Notes under the pieces: model-generated | The model's input: the letters and a program-made list of their open reading frames with translations, nothing else | What the model was told of the DNA's origin: nothing | Databases searched by the model: none | Translations under genes and position numbers: made by a program | Part shown: piece after piece, positions 38,324 to 50,690 of the stretch | Layout of the letters: every line of letters begins with the position of its first letter | How positions within the stretch are numbered: the stretch's first letter is position 1 | Origin: Takakia lepidozioides | Taxonomy: Eukaryota; Plantae; Bryophyta | Direction: 5' to 3' | DNA length: 64,000 nucleotides | NCBI GenBank assembly: GCA_030704615.1 | Contig: CM060733.1 | Span: 51,956,001 to 52,020,000 of the forward strand

Positions 38324-39450
38324 ATGCCGAAGGGGAGGAAGCAGATGCGTCTACAGGAGGAGATTGCCATCTCGCAGCATCAGGGCACGCAGGCAACCCA
38401 GCCACTAGTGAGAGCTCCGAGCTATCGGGATTCGCCAGCTGATCGAGCACCGAAACCCCCCTCATTTTTCTTCTGCTATTCTTAGACTGTATGCTAGGAG
38501 ACTTGAATGCAGAAGATGTTTGCATGCCTAACCGGAAAGGTGGACGTGCTGGAGAGATCGCAGGAATCCGAAGAGCCGCAGGCAGAGTCCGTGGAGCTAG
38601 CTGCAGCACGCACACCCAGCCGATCCACGAGCACGGGTCTTCCTGTTGGGCCTAGCCCTGTGCGTTTCAAGGACGCGGCTTCGAAGGGCAAATCGTTGCA
38701 GTTCAAAGCCCCAGAGAGCGACTCGCGTTTGCAGGACATGGAGAATCGCCAGCAGGGGTCTAGCCCTTCTCCAGCAAAGACGAAGAAAAAGCAGCCCGTC
38801 CTTCAACTTGTTTCTGAACCGGACCAGGCTGTTTCCCCCCCACCCACGCGAATGAAGCAGATTCAATTGCAGCAGACACCTTCACCTGCAAGAATGAGGA
38901 AGCAGAAGGCAATCAGGGGGAGGGCGGAGCAGTCTCCCGCAAAACCGATTCCACGAACTGAAGCCCAGTTTCTGCTTGATTTCCAGCCTAGAGATGTTGG
39001 GGGCTTCTCTGCTGCAGCGAAGACAATGGGATCGATCGATTTCGTCGATCTGGTACCGGAGGAGGGTGCTGCCACTCAACGTTCGCAGCAAGACCTGACC
39101 ACCATTGAGGAAGATCTTCAGAATACTACAGGCCCGAAGGAGGCCTCTGCAATTGCAGAATTGCCTGGAAAGATTCCCTAGAGTGCAGCTCCAGTTGGGG
39201 ATGCTCCAGCTGCTCAGCCCCTACCGCCACCAGCAGAAATGTCTCCGGAGGAATTCCAAAGTGCAACAGATACAATGTTGGAGGAGACACACAATAGCAT
39301 TGGCAGAGTTCTGGGCAGTAGGGTATTCCAACGAACTCTTTGAATCCCACTCTGTCGCATGGTCTCCCTTCCCATCGTCAGGCAGGCACTTCCCGGAGAT
39401 GTGGATAAGCTCAAGTTCGCATTTCGAGAAGGGTACCGTCTAGGTTCGCT
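38324..39450 (+). pseudogene. Second (accessory) gene of the MULE, divergent from the transposase, truncated at ~39450
   Basis: Low-complexity SP/Q-rich region followed by a globular-looking block IPLCRMVSLPIVRQALPGDVDKLKFAFREGYRLGS that ends abruptly into AT-rich DNA. In-frame stops are present. Confidence 0.55.
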
Positions 39451-40177
39451 GAAATCCTTAGATGCAATACGACAATTCAACCAACCTATTTCTTTTTCTT
39501 AACAGCAACATCTACTCTATTTAACAAGGGCTCCAAATGTTTTTGTTCAAATAAACCAAGCAACATCACCATGGGTGTTGGTAGTTGATGAGCTGGTGAG
39601 TGGACCAAAATATTGGTGAGCATAAAATCAAAATGAATATCGTATGTGCACAATTTTATGATTTTAATATATAATAATTTTATATGGTCACATTAATTTA
39701 TACATATGAGCATTATGGTATTTTGTTTGGGTTGGAGTTTGGATTGGATTAGGTTTGGCATCATGTAGTTCTCCAACGAACCACACATTGTGGCTATGTA
39801 TGTGTGGCTCGCAGAGAACCAAGCCCAAGCCTAATATTTTTTATCCTAAAGCGAACCTATATTCAAAACCATCTTATTGGTGCTGAAGCTGTAAACTAGT
39901 TTGTTGAACCTATAGGCCTGATTAGATTCTCATGCCCGAACCTAAAAAAAATTGGCCATTGACACGCTCATCTACTCAGTGCTCACCACCGCTCATCCCC
40001 CCATCAACCATCTACAGATCAGATTGTATTCTACGTTGGCAATTATATAATGTCGTGGAAGAAATCCATCAGCGGCGGTGATGGTTCCTAGGCTTGGGCA
40101 ATAGGCCTAGTCTACATATCTACGAAGCTGTTTGTCTAAATATGAGTATGTTTTGGCGACACTTAGCAAATAGAGCA

Positions 40178-41920
40178 ATGGATTCCCAGCCGTCTGCGCT
40201 TTTCATGAGCTGCCTCTTTCTTCTCAATGTGCTACTACGAGTCAACTCATCGGGCGCCACCAACGACTATAGCCATGGGACAAGGCGCACATTTGTGTTG
40301 GATGTTTCAATACCCAGACAGCTGGTTGAGATCAATGCCACCCAACACATTGTATCCCTTGCACTCACCCACGTCGACTCACCGCACTCCCCTTTGAGAT
40401 CCGCTCATTGCCATAAAGATGATGAGGCGTGCGTGCGTGCAGCTAGGAGGGCTCGGCACAATGCCGCAGCGTTGGGCCCTTCTACACGCGACAAGTCTCC
40501 TGGCCGGAACCTGAAAGATCTTTTGGTCTCCTCGACCCAGCCACAAATAACATACATTTCGGAGTTAGAATATTTTACAACTATTAAAGTGGGTAGCATT
40601 CCAGGTTATGTCTCCCAATACCTCCTCGTAGACACCAGCAGCGACCTCACCTGGATCCAAGCCTACCCATGTGATGTGAGTACATGCGTCTCCTTCAATA
40701 TTTTTGAAATATGCATCATGTTTGACATGAACTAGAGACTAAATATATTTGGATTTGAGTGTACACACTTTTTTCAAGGACTATTTAAAGATAGATATGA
40801 TGGCATTACATTTGTTTGGGTTGTTCAGTCTTGTCAACCACAAACATCAACTATTTATTCACCTTTCGCCTCGACTACTTCAAGAGTAATTACATGTTGT
40901 GACGTCCCCGAATGCACCAAGTTATATGAGAATGGCATCTTTCATGACTGTGATCTACAAAATAATTTAAATTGTTTATACAAAATTGTGTATAGCAATG
41001 AGTACTTGGCAGCCGTGGGATTTCCCGTCAATGACTACAGCTCAATGGGTTGGCTTGCTACTGAGAGCATAACATTGTTGAATCAAAATGGACGGCCAAT
41101 CACCATTCCAAGTATACATGTCTGATGACTCTTCTTGTTTTGAAATGCTTTCGGGCATATAATATATTTTGCCCATTGTTAGATTGATAAATTTGATATG
41201 GAAAACAATAGGAATTTTGTAAGAACTTAATGCACATGTGCAATCTAACCGTTCATTCGCCGGATGTAGGCAACGTTGGCTCCTCCAGCGGGCCCTCTTA
41301 CAAATTCTCCACAAGGCCCACTTACCCAGACTTCATTATTAAATACTTTAGAATGCAAGAGGTTGGTAAGTAGTGGTGAGTAGCCCGTGGGTAAGGTGAT
41401 GGCGGTGGAGGTTGTGGGATGGTGTCAACCCCCTATGTCGTGTGTAATTCCTCTTAGTGCATTGTATACTTAGCCAAATTTGGACTTAATCCAATTGCGA
41501 AGCCAAGTGGGAGTTACACCAAGTAGCACTCCTTTCAATGTCACCTGATTGGAGTTACATTCTCTTCTGTATAACCCAGTTGAGTGTTATCCCAGCTTTT
41601 GTTCAAATATATCACTCTCGAGAGCGGAAAAAAATATATTTGATATGCTAGAAATTGACTTAGCGTCATGTCAAACAATCACACATATGCATTAAGTTCT
41701 TACATTATTCCTAGTTTTCGCCATTTGATATATTTGTAATGTTATTTATTCTTCAGAGGTTATGATTGGATTCGGGCAAGAACAAATATATCAAGTTCAG
41801 GGAAGTTTTTTGCCTAACTTCATTTTCATTAGACAATCTCATGGCAACAGACATGGCTTTGGACACTACAACCTCTAAGTCAGATTTATCAACCCATATT
41901 GCAGATCCGTACTCCAAGGC
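40178..41920 (+). pseudogene. A1 (pepsin/nepenthesin-like) aspartic protease, N-terminal half; exons 40178-40675, 40829-41111, 41757-~41920
   Basis: Signal peptide, LTHVDSPHSP, EYFTTIKVGS...LLVDTSSDLTWIQ..PC, C.PQ..IYSP..S.T...I.C...C, CLYKIVY, G.LATESITL, MIGFG. Frameshift in exon 3; no C-terminal lobe. Confidence 0.8.
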
Positions 41921-41985
41921 AGGTCTAATAATGCAACAAAGCATGGTTTTCGTAACCTCAGAGTTGACCCCTCTGCAGAAACAGT

Positions 41986-42216
41986 TAAAAAAAAAAGAGG
42001 GAGAGGGAGACAGGGACAAAGAGGGACAAAGAGAGGGAGACAGAGGGAGAGAGGGGGCAACAAAGAAAAAACAAAAAGGTGTGGGGGGGGGGGGGCAGTT
42101 GCTACTCAATCACTCCCCCCCCCCCCCCCCCACCTTCCTCTTTTTCTTTTTGTTTCCTGATCTCTCCCTCTCACTCCCTCTCTTTGTCCCTCTCTCTCCC
42201 TCTCTCCCTCTCCCTC
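41986..42216. repeat. Imperfect inverted repeat with a purine-rich arm plus G-run and a C-run plus pyrimidine-rich arm
   Basis: gagggagaggga...gggggggggggg / cccccccc...tctccctctccctc around a ~19-nt loop. Confidence 0.75.
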
Positions 42217-42224
42217 TATAACTC

Positions 42225-42600
42225 TTTGGATTTCATCTGGCCTTAACCTTTTGAGGTTATTTAGTTTTTCATCCCAGCCTTTTTCATCCAAATCTGGATG
42301 ATTTTATTATAGGGTGATGAAACTTAATATACAGAAAGCTGGATTTACCATCTATTTCTTTCATCTAAACTGGATGATCTACATAAATAATGGTTACCTA
42401 TTATAAAATCCAAGAGAATAATAAAACTACCTTCATAAATGATGGCAGTTATTAAACCTAAGCCTATACCATAACCCTAAAAGATATATTTCTATGGGAT
42501 GTCATCCATTGACAAAGTGCCTCTCTTGGTAAAATGTGATATTTCATCCACCCTGGATGAAAAATCGGGAAGTTTTGCCCTAAGCAGACCGACACACTTC
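42225..42600. mobile_element. DNA-transposon end with TCATCC/GGATGA subterminal motifs (hAT-like), related to 54452-54820
   Basis: Repeated tcatcc/ggatga motifs; the segment ggatgaaaaatc...gccctaag is shared with 54675-54702. Confidence 0.45.
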
Positions 42601-42629
42601 ACAGCACTAAACTCGTGCTTCAGTGAACC

Positions 42630-43330
42630 TTGATGATGCACCGTATAAACCTGCTCCCCTGCTGCTACATGGTACTCGTGATGGCTGGCTCTTGGGATGC
42701 GCATTGGTGGTTAAACAGATTCTTCTCTGGCAGACGACAAAGCCGTGATCGCTTTGATCAGAAACTCATGGTTCTTTATTTTGCAGCGGCGCTTTTACTC
42801 CTTGTTTGGGAAGTACTCTATCCCTATTTATCTACAGATTACATGTTGCTCTCTCTTTGTGTATGAGCCATTTTCTATCTGTGAACGCTTCTACTCTTAT
42901 TGCGTTCTGTTGGAGACGATCTGTTGGACGCCATGGCGCAGGGCATACCACAAACACTCAAGGTTTTTTGAGTTTACCATTGCTTGAATTGTGATCTGTA
43001 CTTGCTTTAGAATTCAACACTGACATGGATAGCAACTGTGAAGACCTGCCATTTACCTGCTGCATCCTCACTAACACACATCGCTATGTGGTGGTTTTTG
43101 GGACGGGCACAGGTGAGGGTCTTCACTTGTCTTGATTTCTTGAAGCTTGCAGTTCCTATTCTTGCAAATGTGGATATTGCTGTTGCCTAAGCTGCTGATG
43201 CCATCTGCTGTTTCAAACTGCCACCATGCCGCTTCAGACCTACTCCAAGATGGCTCCAATGAGGATCTGCTTCTCTCCTTACCCCTGTTTATGGTTTTTT
43301 ACAACCACATTTGCATGTGTAGGAGTTAAG
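42630..43330 (+). pseudogene. Degenerate multi-pass membrane protein fragment (possibly TMEM45/DUF716-like)
   Basis: Hydrophobic segments in shifting frames (LMVLYFAAALLLLVWEVLYP; QFLFLQMWILLLP; LPLFMVFYNHI). The family guess is weak. Confidence 0.25.
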
Positions 43331-43837
43331 CTATGAAGGATACAATGATACAAAATAGCAGTTATTACTCTGACTGCCTTGATACTTGGCTCTGAAATGA
43401 GACTTCTTGGTATGACTCTGATGGATCAAAAGGATAGGCTTTGATAGATAACACACATTTTTCAAGGCCCTCATATCATTTTGGTTTCATGGCTTGATAA
43501 CAAACAGGGGTTTCTGAGCTGCTCTTTCACCTTGGCAGAACTATTTTATGAGGCCTTAAAATACCATTCTAGGCCTATACCTGCTTAAGGGGGCTCTACC
43601 CTGTTGTTTCTTCTTCATTTTTAAGAATCTTGCTTATATCTTGGTTCTAAAACATCATCTTCAAACCAAACCTACAATCTGGTTTTTGAATTGAGTTTGA
43701 AATGGATTTTTGAGATGATGATGTATACTATGGTGCTTTCATGATATGAATGACCTGGAATCCCACCCTCCCGCCCTATTTTTTCAGAGACCCTGAAATG
43801 TAATGGGGTATTCAAATGAGATTATAAACATGAAAGA

Positions 43838-44108
43838 GAATGTTAGATGGTGCCCTGTAAATGACTGTTTTGTCTTTCAATGACAATGACCTTAGCGGTC
43901 TTGTCCATGTCTTGACATGACATGTATATCTTCCCTCTCTTTCGTGCTGCTCAACAAAAAAAAAACCACAGAGGGAAAGAGGGGGTAGAAAAAGTTAATA
44001 AGAGAGAGGGAAGATATTCACGTCATGTCAAGACATGGACAAGACCCATAAGGGTCATTGTCAATTAAAGACATAAACAGCCCTGGATAGGGCACTATCT
44101 CACATTTC
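43838..44108. repeat. Long hairpin / MITE-like inverted repeat (~100-bp arms)
   Basis: gtcttgtccatgtcttgacatgac...tatcttccctctctt pairs with aagagagagggaagata...gtcatgtcaagacatggacaagac. Outer arms gtgccct/agggcac. Confidence 0.85.
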
Positions 44109-44499
44109 CAGTCTTGTCCCAATCATCCAAGACAAATCAGACCTAAATTTAAAGTCAGGGCAGGAAGACTACCTTTAGTAAACAGAAGCAGAGAGGAAAG
44201 GGAGAGTGCAATTTCCCTGACGTACCTCTGTTGCTGCTGGTGCTTGAAACGAGCTGCTGCGGTGCTATCGCGGCTGCCAGCGGCGCGGGTCCCCGCCGCT
44301 GCAGGGCGTCTCTCCCCCGCTCACCACGGCTCTCTCTCTCTTCTCAACTCGTTAGGTCGCGCCTCTGCGTGACGTTCCTACCACACAGGGGAGAGAGACA
44401 TCAGCCCGTGCTTAGGGCAAGAAAGAAAGACAGAAAGTGAGGGAGGAGGCGGTGCTTACTTGGGCGTTGGGGCAAACTCTTTTGGGCCTTGCGACCACC

Positions 44500-47400
44500 T
44501 CGGGCTTAGCAGCAGGTGCGTTTCTCCTCCACCCTAAACCCCACTCTCTGAACTACCTCTCTCCCAAAGAACAAATGAAAACGGGAGGGGAAAGAGATGC
44601 TTGAAGCACTTAGGGGAAAAAAAAGGCGCGACGCCCGGCCGTCGCACGCCTGCGCCCGCCCTTTTTGAAATGTAAAAATGAAGATTGCAGCGGCTGGCCG
44701 TCGTTTCTTGCGACCCCTGGCCCCATAAATAAAAAAACACGACGCCCCCCGCGACGGCTGTCCATCGCGGGGTGCGACTCCCAGTTTAAAAAAAAAAAAA
44801 CAAAAAAACGCGTTGTCCAATGCGACGCCAGGGTGTCGCAGGAGGCGACGGCCAGCCTTTCTGGATTTAGGGTTTAGGGCCTTTTGGCTTTCTTAGTATT
44901 TTTTATTTTTATTTTTATTTTTATTTTTCATATGGTACTGGGTTAGGGTGTTTGCTTTTCTTTATGGTGCTGGGTTTTGGATTGGCGGTTTTGGTTGTGG
45001 GTCTTGGGGTTAAAAGGATAAACGGTGTAATTAGGATTCACATACCTAAAATGTGGTTCAATCTGATAATCGCAAAGCCCTGGGTCTCAACAAATTTTTC
45101 CATAGTGTGAGCATCCTGAAGATAGAACGAGAGGAAGGATTTATTGTCTTGGGCTCTAGCACCATAGGGATGCTCCGCCTTTGGTTACCAATTTTGAAAG
45201 CCCTGAGGCTGAGGCATAGGGTTTTTTTGCCAACGGTTTTTGAGAAATGAAAGTGTTGGTGGTGTGTGTTAATTATGATGGGATGGTGAGGAAACATCGA
45301 TCCGTCTCCCTTGAGGATGGGGAGGTAGTACCACATATCGATTGTGGCCCTAGAGTGACCATTTTTCGTGGCGAGGAGCACCCATTGCACCTGATCCAAT
45401 ACAGGTTGCTGGGCACAATCGTAGAAGGGACCGGGGCCAAATTTCAGGTGATGCGGAGGATGTTGACACTACGGGATCGAGTCGGGCGCGCCGTGGGTTG
45501 CCCCCTTGCGGGCCACCCCATCCAACCACGTCCACCTTTGACCCCCCCCCCCCCCGACAGGATTGAGTGTTGGTGCACTAAGTATTGGGAACGGATACCG
45601 CCGGGCGGCACCAGACCACCGAGGCGGCGACCGCATATTGTTGAAAAACATTACAAGAAGAACAAGATACTGATGCGGCAAAGTTGAGTGTTTTCCCACC
45701 CCTCTCATTAACTTTCATTTAAGGTACATTTAGGTTTATCTAATAATATAGTATGATTGGTAAGCATACATGAATCAAAATTATGACATAAGTATTGATG
45801 CGTCGTTCACTACGCACATTGCAGCCACGATTGATGCCCAAGCTCGCAATCACATTGCACAGGAGGCATTTCGTGCCGGTCTACTTGTAGAATTTGTCAG
45901 AGCATATGCCCGATGTGACCAGTTGGTTCCCCCAGCAGCACGTAGATGAGATGCGTAGGGTCGAGGGGTATCGTAGGTGTCGTAGGCGTTATGGCCGGCG
46001 ACGAGCAGGGGCCACACCCACTCCTCCCCCCCCCCCCCCCTTGTCTGTTGTTTCTTTGCCTGATCCCCACCTCCGGTTGTACCTGATCCGGACGTTTTAC
46101 CCCCGGCTACACCTCCAACATTACATCCTCAACCACCTCCACTTTCATCTCATCCGCCAGCAATTCCACCTCCACCTCCACCTCCACCTCCATGTGCATG
46201 TGCCCCCTGAACCCCTAGGAGGGGTCGGCTTTGCCCTAGGTTTCCTCTCCTTCGGCTTGGGCGGCCTGAGCCGGATCCTTGCCCCCGATGGGAAGCGCAG
46301 ATGACTATGTTACTAAGGACCGTCCAGCCTCGTTGTTGGGGGAATCATTTCGACCTTCCTTACCCCATCCGAGAAAATGTTGAGTTCGAGTATTGGGGGA
46401 GACGGTATGTTGTGAGAGCCTCTACAGACCCTGCTATAGGGCGGGGTTTATTCACGATCAATGATATTGTGGTTCCTCCTCGGAGACACAGCATGGTGGA
46501 CTTGTTTCCCTACTACGGTCCATACTACACCTCCGCGGAGTTCCGTACATTACGCCTCGAAGCCCCATACATCCTACCCTATATTTTGTGTGTCAACGGA
46601 CAGGATGTACGTAGACGGGGGTTGTCTCCCATTGAGACACTCCAAAGTTGAGTTATCTTCAACTTCATGCACTCTTCATAGAGAGTTATGCAAAAGTGAC
46701 CCTAGAAACACACTTATTTTTTTTCCATTTTTTTTTTGTCCCATTTTTTGCATGGATGTAGTGGTGCAAAGCCTGATGTCACAGAACAAAATAGAGCTAA
46801 AAATAAAATCATTACGCCCCTCAAAACCGCATATATTTTCTAAATGCAAATATTTATTTTAAGTTCATTTAAATTCGATTTAATTCAAAATTGGTGCAAG
46901 GGTGAGTGCGTCGTTGGGGACGCAATTTATTTTTAATTTAATTTAATTTAATTTTTTAATTTTTTCCTGCTGGATCTTTGTACAGGTGTTGCACACATAT
47001 TTAAGCACATGTAGGAAAAAATGAAGCTTGAACCACATCCGTTTGTTGGGTGCAATGGCATGAGAGGATTTTCTTTCACATTAATAAACAAAAATTGGTT
47101 GATAGGGTGAATGCGTCATTGGGGGGGCAAATGATTTTGTTTGGGTTTGAAACTTTGCATGCGTGTACGTTGCGCACATACATGTAATTATTGAATGACA
47201 TATTTGGTGCACACACACATTGAAGGTTGTTGTTTGCATTTCGCTTATAATGTAGTGTATGGTTGCAACGACACATTATAATATATGTCCCTATGTTCAT
47301 TTGTTCGTATCAGACTTTGTCCATCATTTCCTGGTCTTTTCTCTTGGCACCCCATCCGAAAACAACCCAAGTATATCAGGCGGGAGCCGTGGGCGAGACG

Positions 47401-48253
47401 CCGCCTCCACGGTACCGGACGATGATGACGATGACAATGATAGTGACAGTGACAACAACAATGAGCATGGAATTAACCAGGAGGATGTGCAAGCCATGGA
47501 GGATCTCTTAATGCATCATGTGGGCGCTGATGCATCCCATGAAGAGGGAACTCGGCCAATCGATGATCCTGAAATGGCCCCCTCAAATGACATGGAGAGG
47601 GAGGCGAGAACGCCCTTGTACGAAGGGGCGAAAGTGAGTCGACTTTCAACAATCTTACTTTTGCTCAATCTTCAATTTCGATTTGGTATAAGTAATGTTG
47701 GGATGTCTGCCATAATGCAAACTATTGCACACTATATCCTTGCTCCACACTTGAAACCCAAGGTGCCACGGTCGCGGAAAGAGGCGCGCGAAGTTTTGGG
47801 TCTGTGGGATAAGCTATAAGATTTTTCATGCATGTCCATGTGATAAAACCCTATACTACGGAGAGGATTTGCATCTCACCAAGTGCCCACAGTGCAAGAA
47901 AGACCGATATCGGGATGATGTCCAAGGGAAAAAAGTACCACGCAAGGTATAAGCGCCATTCCCCCTCGCATGGAGATTATTAGAGAGTAGTACTCATGCA
48001 AGATCTGATTGTGGTTTTGGAAGGAGTGAGTGAGGAGTGGAATGAGCGACGTTTGGTTTTGACCATTCACACCCAAATGAGGGAGAGACTGCATAAAGGG
48101 AAAGACATAAGGGTGTTGTATTATGTGTGCTAATAGGATGATTACATGTGGGGGGCGTGGGGTATTTCATCCTAGAAAATGCATTACTTTCCGATCATCC
48201 CGCGATTGAGGGCACAGTACCGAAGCCCCGAATTGGCCAGACTCATGAGATGG
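44500..48253 (+). mobile_element. CACTA internal region with GCGAC repeats, telo-box motifs and the N-terminal part of the TnpD transposase
   Basis: EARTPLYEGAKVSRLS.ILLLLN, YKIFHACPCDKTLY...CPQCKKDRY..KKVPRK, intron, then MHYFPIIPRLRAQYRSPELARLMRW ending at TSD ATGAGATGG (48245-48253). Confidence 0.88.
46301..46625 (+). pseudogene. SET-domain N-terminal fragment inside the CACTA element
   Basis: YVVRASTDPAIGRGLFTINDI....VDLFPYYGPYY resembles SET motif I (S..G.GLFA..DI...I..Y.G). The C-terminal NHS/Y motifs are absent. Confidence 0.5.
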
Positions 48254-49950
48254 GGGGGCTGCTATTTCATGAGCCATGAGCCACGAGCGGCATGAGCCAT
48301 GAGCAGAGTCGTAAGTGTCAAAAAAAAAAAAAACATGAACATGATTTTTCCGGAAAAATGAGTGTCCGCGGGAATAGGGTTTAGGGTGTCACGGTCATAG
48401 GGGGAGAAGGACCTCCCGAAGGAGGTTCGGCAATGTTTTTAGAATTACATATTGAAAGGCAATGTTTCGCGAATGGTAGGGTGGTACTGCTCTGTACAAT
48501 GGGGGCCCATTTCAGCCTCCCAGCCACTTGCAAAATCCACCCATACTCCCAATCCCAAACGAAATGAGGAATGATGCATTCTGGGAACGATGGATACAAA
48601 ATAGAACAAAAAGAGGGCACAATGGGGTTTTTATTGATCCACATGAATTGCATTTGAAGCACGTCTACTGTGCTGATTGTGCAAACAAATCTTTAGCCCT
48701 GTGCCTTCTGAATACAAGTCATGTTGTCAATGGGACTTTGACTGCTCTGAGAACTAGCTCATGAGTCATCGGGCTCCTCCAGGTAAACTGGATTGCAGCC
48801 GTTGTACCGCCCCTGTTGATGTTCACCACAATGTCGTGCCCTTCAATCATACCACCATCGAATATGGAAAGCTTCACGTTTTCGCCGTCCACACCAATGC
48901 GAATGTCCCCATACAATGGAGAAGAGAGGAGCGCACTCCTTCAGGAGTATAAGTCTCTCCGATGGAGTCCACCCACGTCCACTGGCAGCAGTTCCACCGC
49001 AACAACATAGCAGTGCGCATTCTTCTGCATGGGTACTCGTCGTAGCTGGGAAAATCAGAATCAAGGATGCGCAGGAGCCACGGACTCCTCAGACCAAGAT
49101 CGTCACCCCGCTCGAAGGCGTAGTGGCCTGGGATATACTCAAAAGCGGACAATGTTTCCACATTCGAACCAGTATCTTCTGTGTAATCTGTGTACCAGAT
49201 AACGATGTCTCCCGATGTGGCCGAATACATTGCATAATCGAAGCCTCCATAAGGGCAGTCGTCCCGGTTCCGGAAGCACGACATCCTTGCAAAGGAGGAC
49301 CTGAGGACGTCTTTGATGCCGATGACAATGACCTTGCGGACAGCAACGAAGCCCTTAGATTTTAGAAATGATGAGAAGCGGAATAGCAGTGCGGGCTCCA
49401 ATAATGGAGCATCTGGGTCACACGTACCCACCAATCATCGTGTAACGTGTTCATCACGCCAGCGGTGGATGAACCGATACCTCTTTCTCATCCACGGGTA
49501 TAGTTTTGAAATCTGCCACCGAAGTCCATCCCCCGGAAGGAAATTCGGCGCCGCATTTACATCGAAGGGGGGATGGACTTTGTCGTCTCGAGTGGCTATA
49601 GGCCCACCTGGCACTTACTGCCCATAGTTTGCATGGCAGGGAAGGAAACTGAAACGGCTACATTCATGGAGCAGCCAATCTTCATCCGTGCAGGTTCCTG
49701 TAGGGGGGAAATTTAAATGTGCCCTGGCTAGATCCCTACTAGCTAATTTACGTTTGACGACAAATGTAGATTGTGAAAAATGGCTAACCAAGGATGCTAC
49801 ATAAATAGTGATATGCCATACTTTTGGCAAGAACCAGTTGATGGGTTTTGAAATACCATGTAATATCCAGCACAGATTTGTGCATACATCTATCCAACTT
49901 GATACCAGGGCTGGGAACATTTAGACAGAAGTAGGCGATCCTGCTAGTAC
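48254..49950. mobile_element. Mutator-like element, arm 2 (second TIR plus degenerate minus-strand coding remnant)
   Basis: TIR gggggctgctatttcatgagccatgagc follows the 9-bp TSD directly. One copy of the array palindrome lies at ~49539 (ggaaattcggcgccgcattt). Minus-strand ORF remnant 48874-49434. Right boundary approximate. Confidence 0.7.
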
Positions 49951-49969
49951 CCTTAAGGCTTACATTTTG

Positions 49970-50200
49970 AACGAGACCTCATGGCGCAACGACCATGAAC
50001 TGTCATGACGCTGCAACCATCCATGAAGATTAGGTCATGGCTCCTAGACCATGAAGGACCATGAGCGGGAACGCGCGACCATGAGTATAAGGAATGCACG
50101 ACCATGATCAGAAACGTGCAACCATGAGCGAGAACGACGGTACCATGAAGGGGAATAAGAAAGGGAGCATGAAGCATGATCATGGCGGTAAAGTATGAAC
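49970..50200. repeat. Cluster of ACCATGA/CATG motifs, probable subterminal repeats of another DNA transposon
   Basis: More than 10 (g/a)ccatga-like motifs within ~230 bp. Confidence 0.5.
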
Positions 50201-50389
50201 CAAGAGCAGAAGGGTTCAAGGCAAGAAATGGGTGCATAGGCAGTTGAAGTAATGGAAATCATGAATATATAAAGAGTACATAAAGGAGGATGTGGCGAAT
50301 CCTCAACAATCGGATTTGCTTCAACCACGGACCAGCATAAATGTGGACATTGTAATCAATCATTATATTCATCTTCAGATTCTTCCTCT

Positions 50390-50690
50390 TCTTCCTCCTC
50401 AGTATTGCTACGCGCATCAATGTCTCTAAGACTTATTCTTGCTTCAAGAGTATCTTCCGCATTAAGGTCAACCGCCTCTTTCCTGTATCACATCTGGAAG
50501 AAGAGTAGGTTCCCTCAAACCTATAAAATCTGCATTCTCATCTACATTCATCTCATTGATTTCAGCCACAACTCGTTTATCTCGTGGATCTTTATGAAGC
50601 ACCACCTTCCATCCCGACTTGGTGGTTTCATCAAAAAAAGAACACTTGCTCTACTTGGGTGGAAAGATAAAAGACTATTGCTGCTCTTGG
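50390..50690 (-). mobile_element. CACTA DUF4216 remnant
   Basis: FIFPPQVEQVFFFDETTKSGWKVVLHKDPRDKRVV, followed by an acidic tail. Confidence 0.7.

Larger units (their letters stand above)
31335..39450. mobile_element. Mutator-like element (MULE), arm 1: TIR, transposase, palindrome array, start of second gene
   Basis: TIR gaggtttactatttcatgagc with CATGAGC repeats, flanked by 9-bp TSD tcatctcat (31326-31334). It matches the TIR at 48254. Confidence 0.8.

Noticed and set aside
44866-44879. Interstitial telomere
   Set aside because: Only two TTTAGGG units; better explained as a telo-box-like motif in the CACTA.
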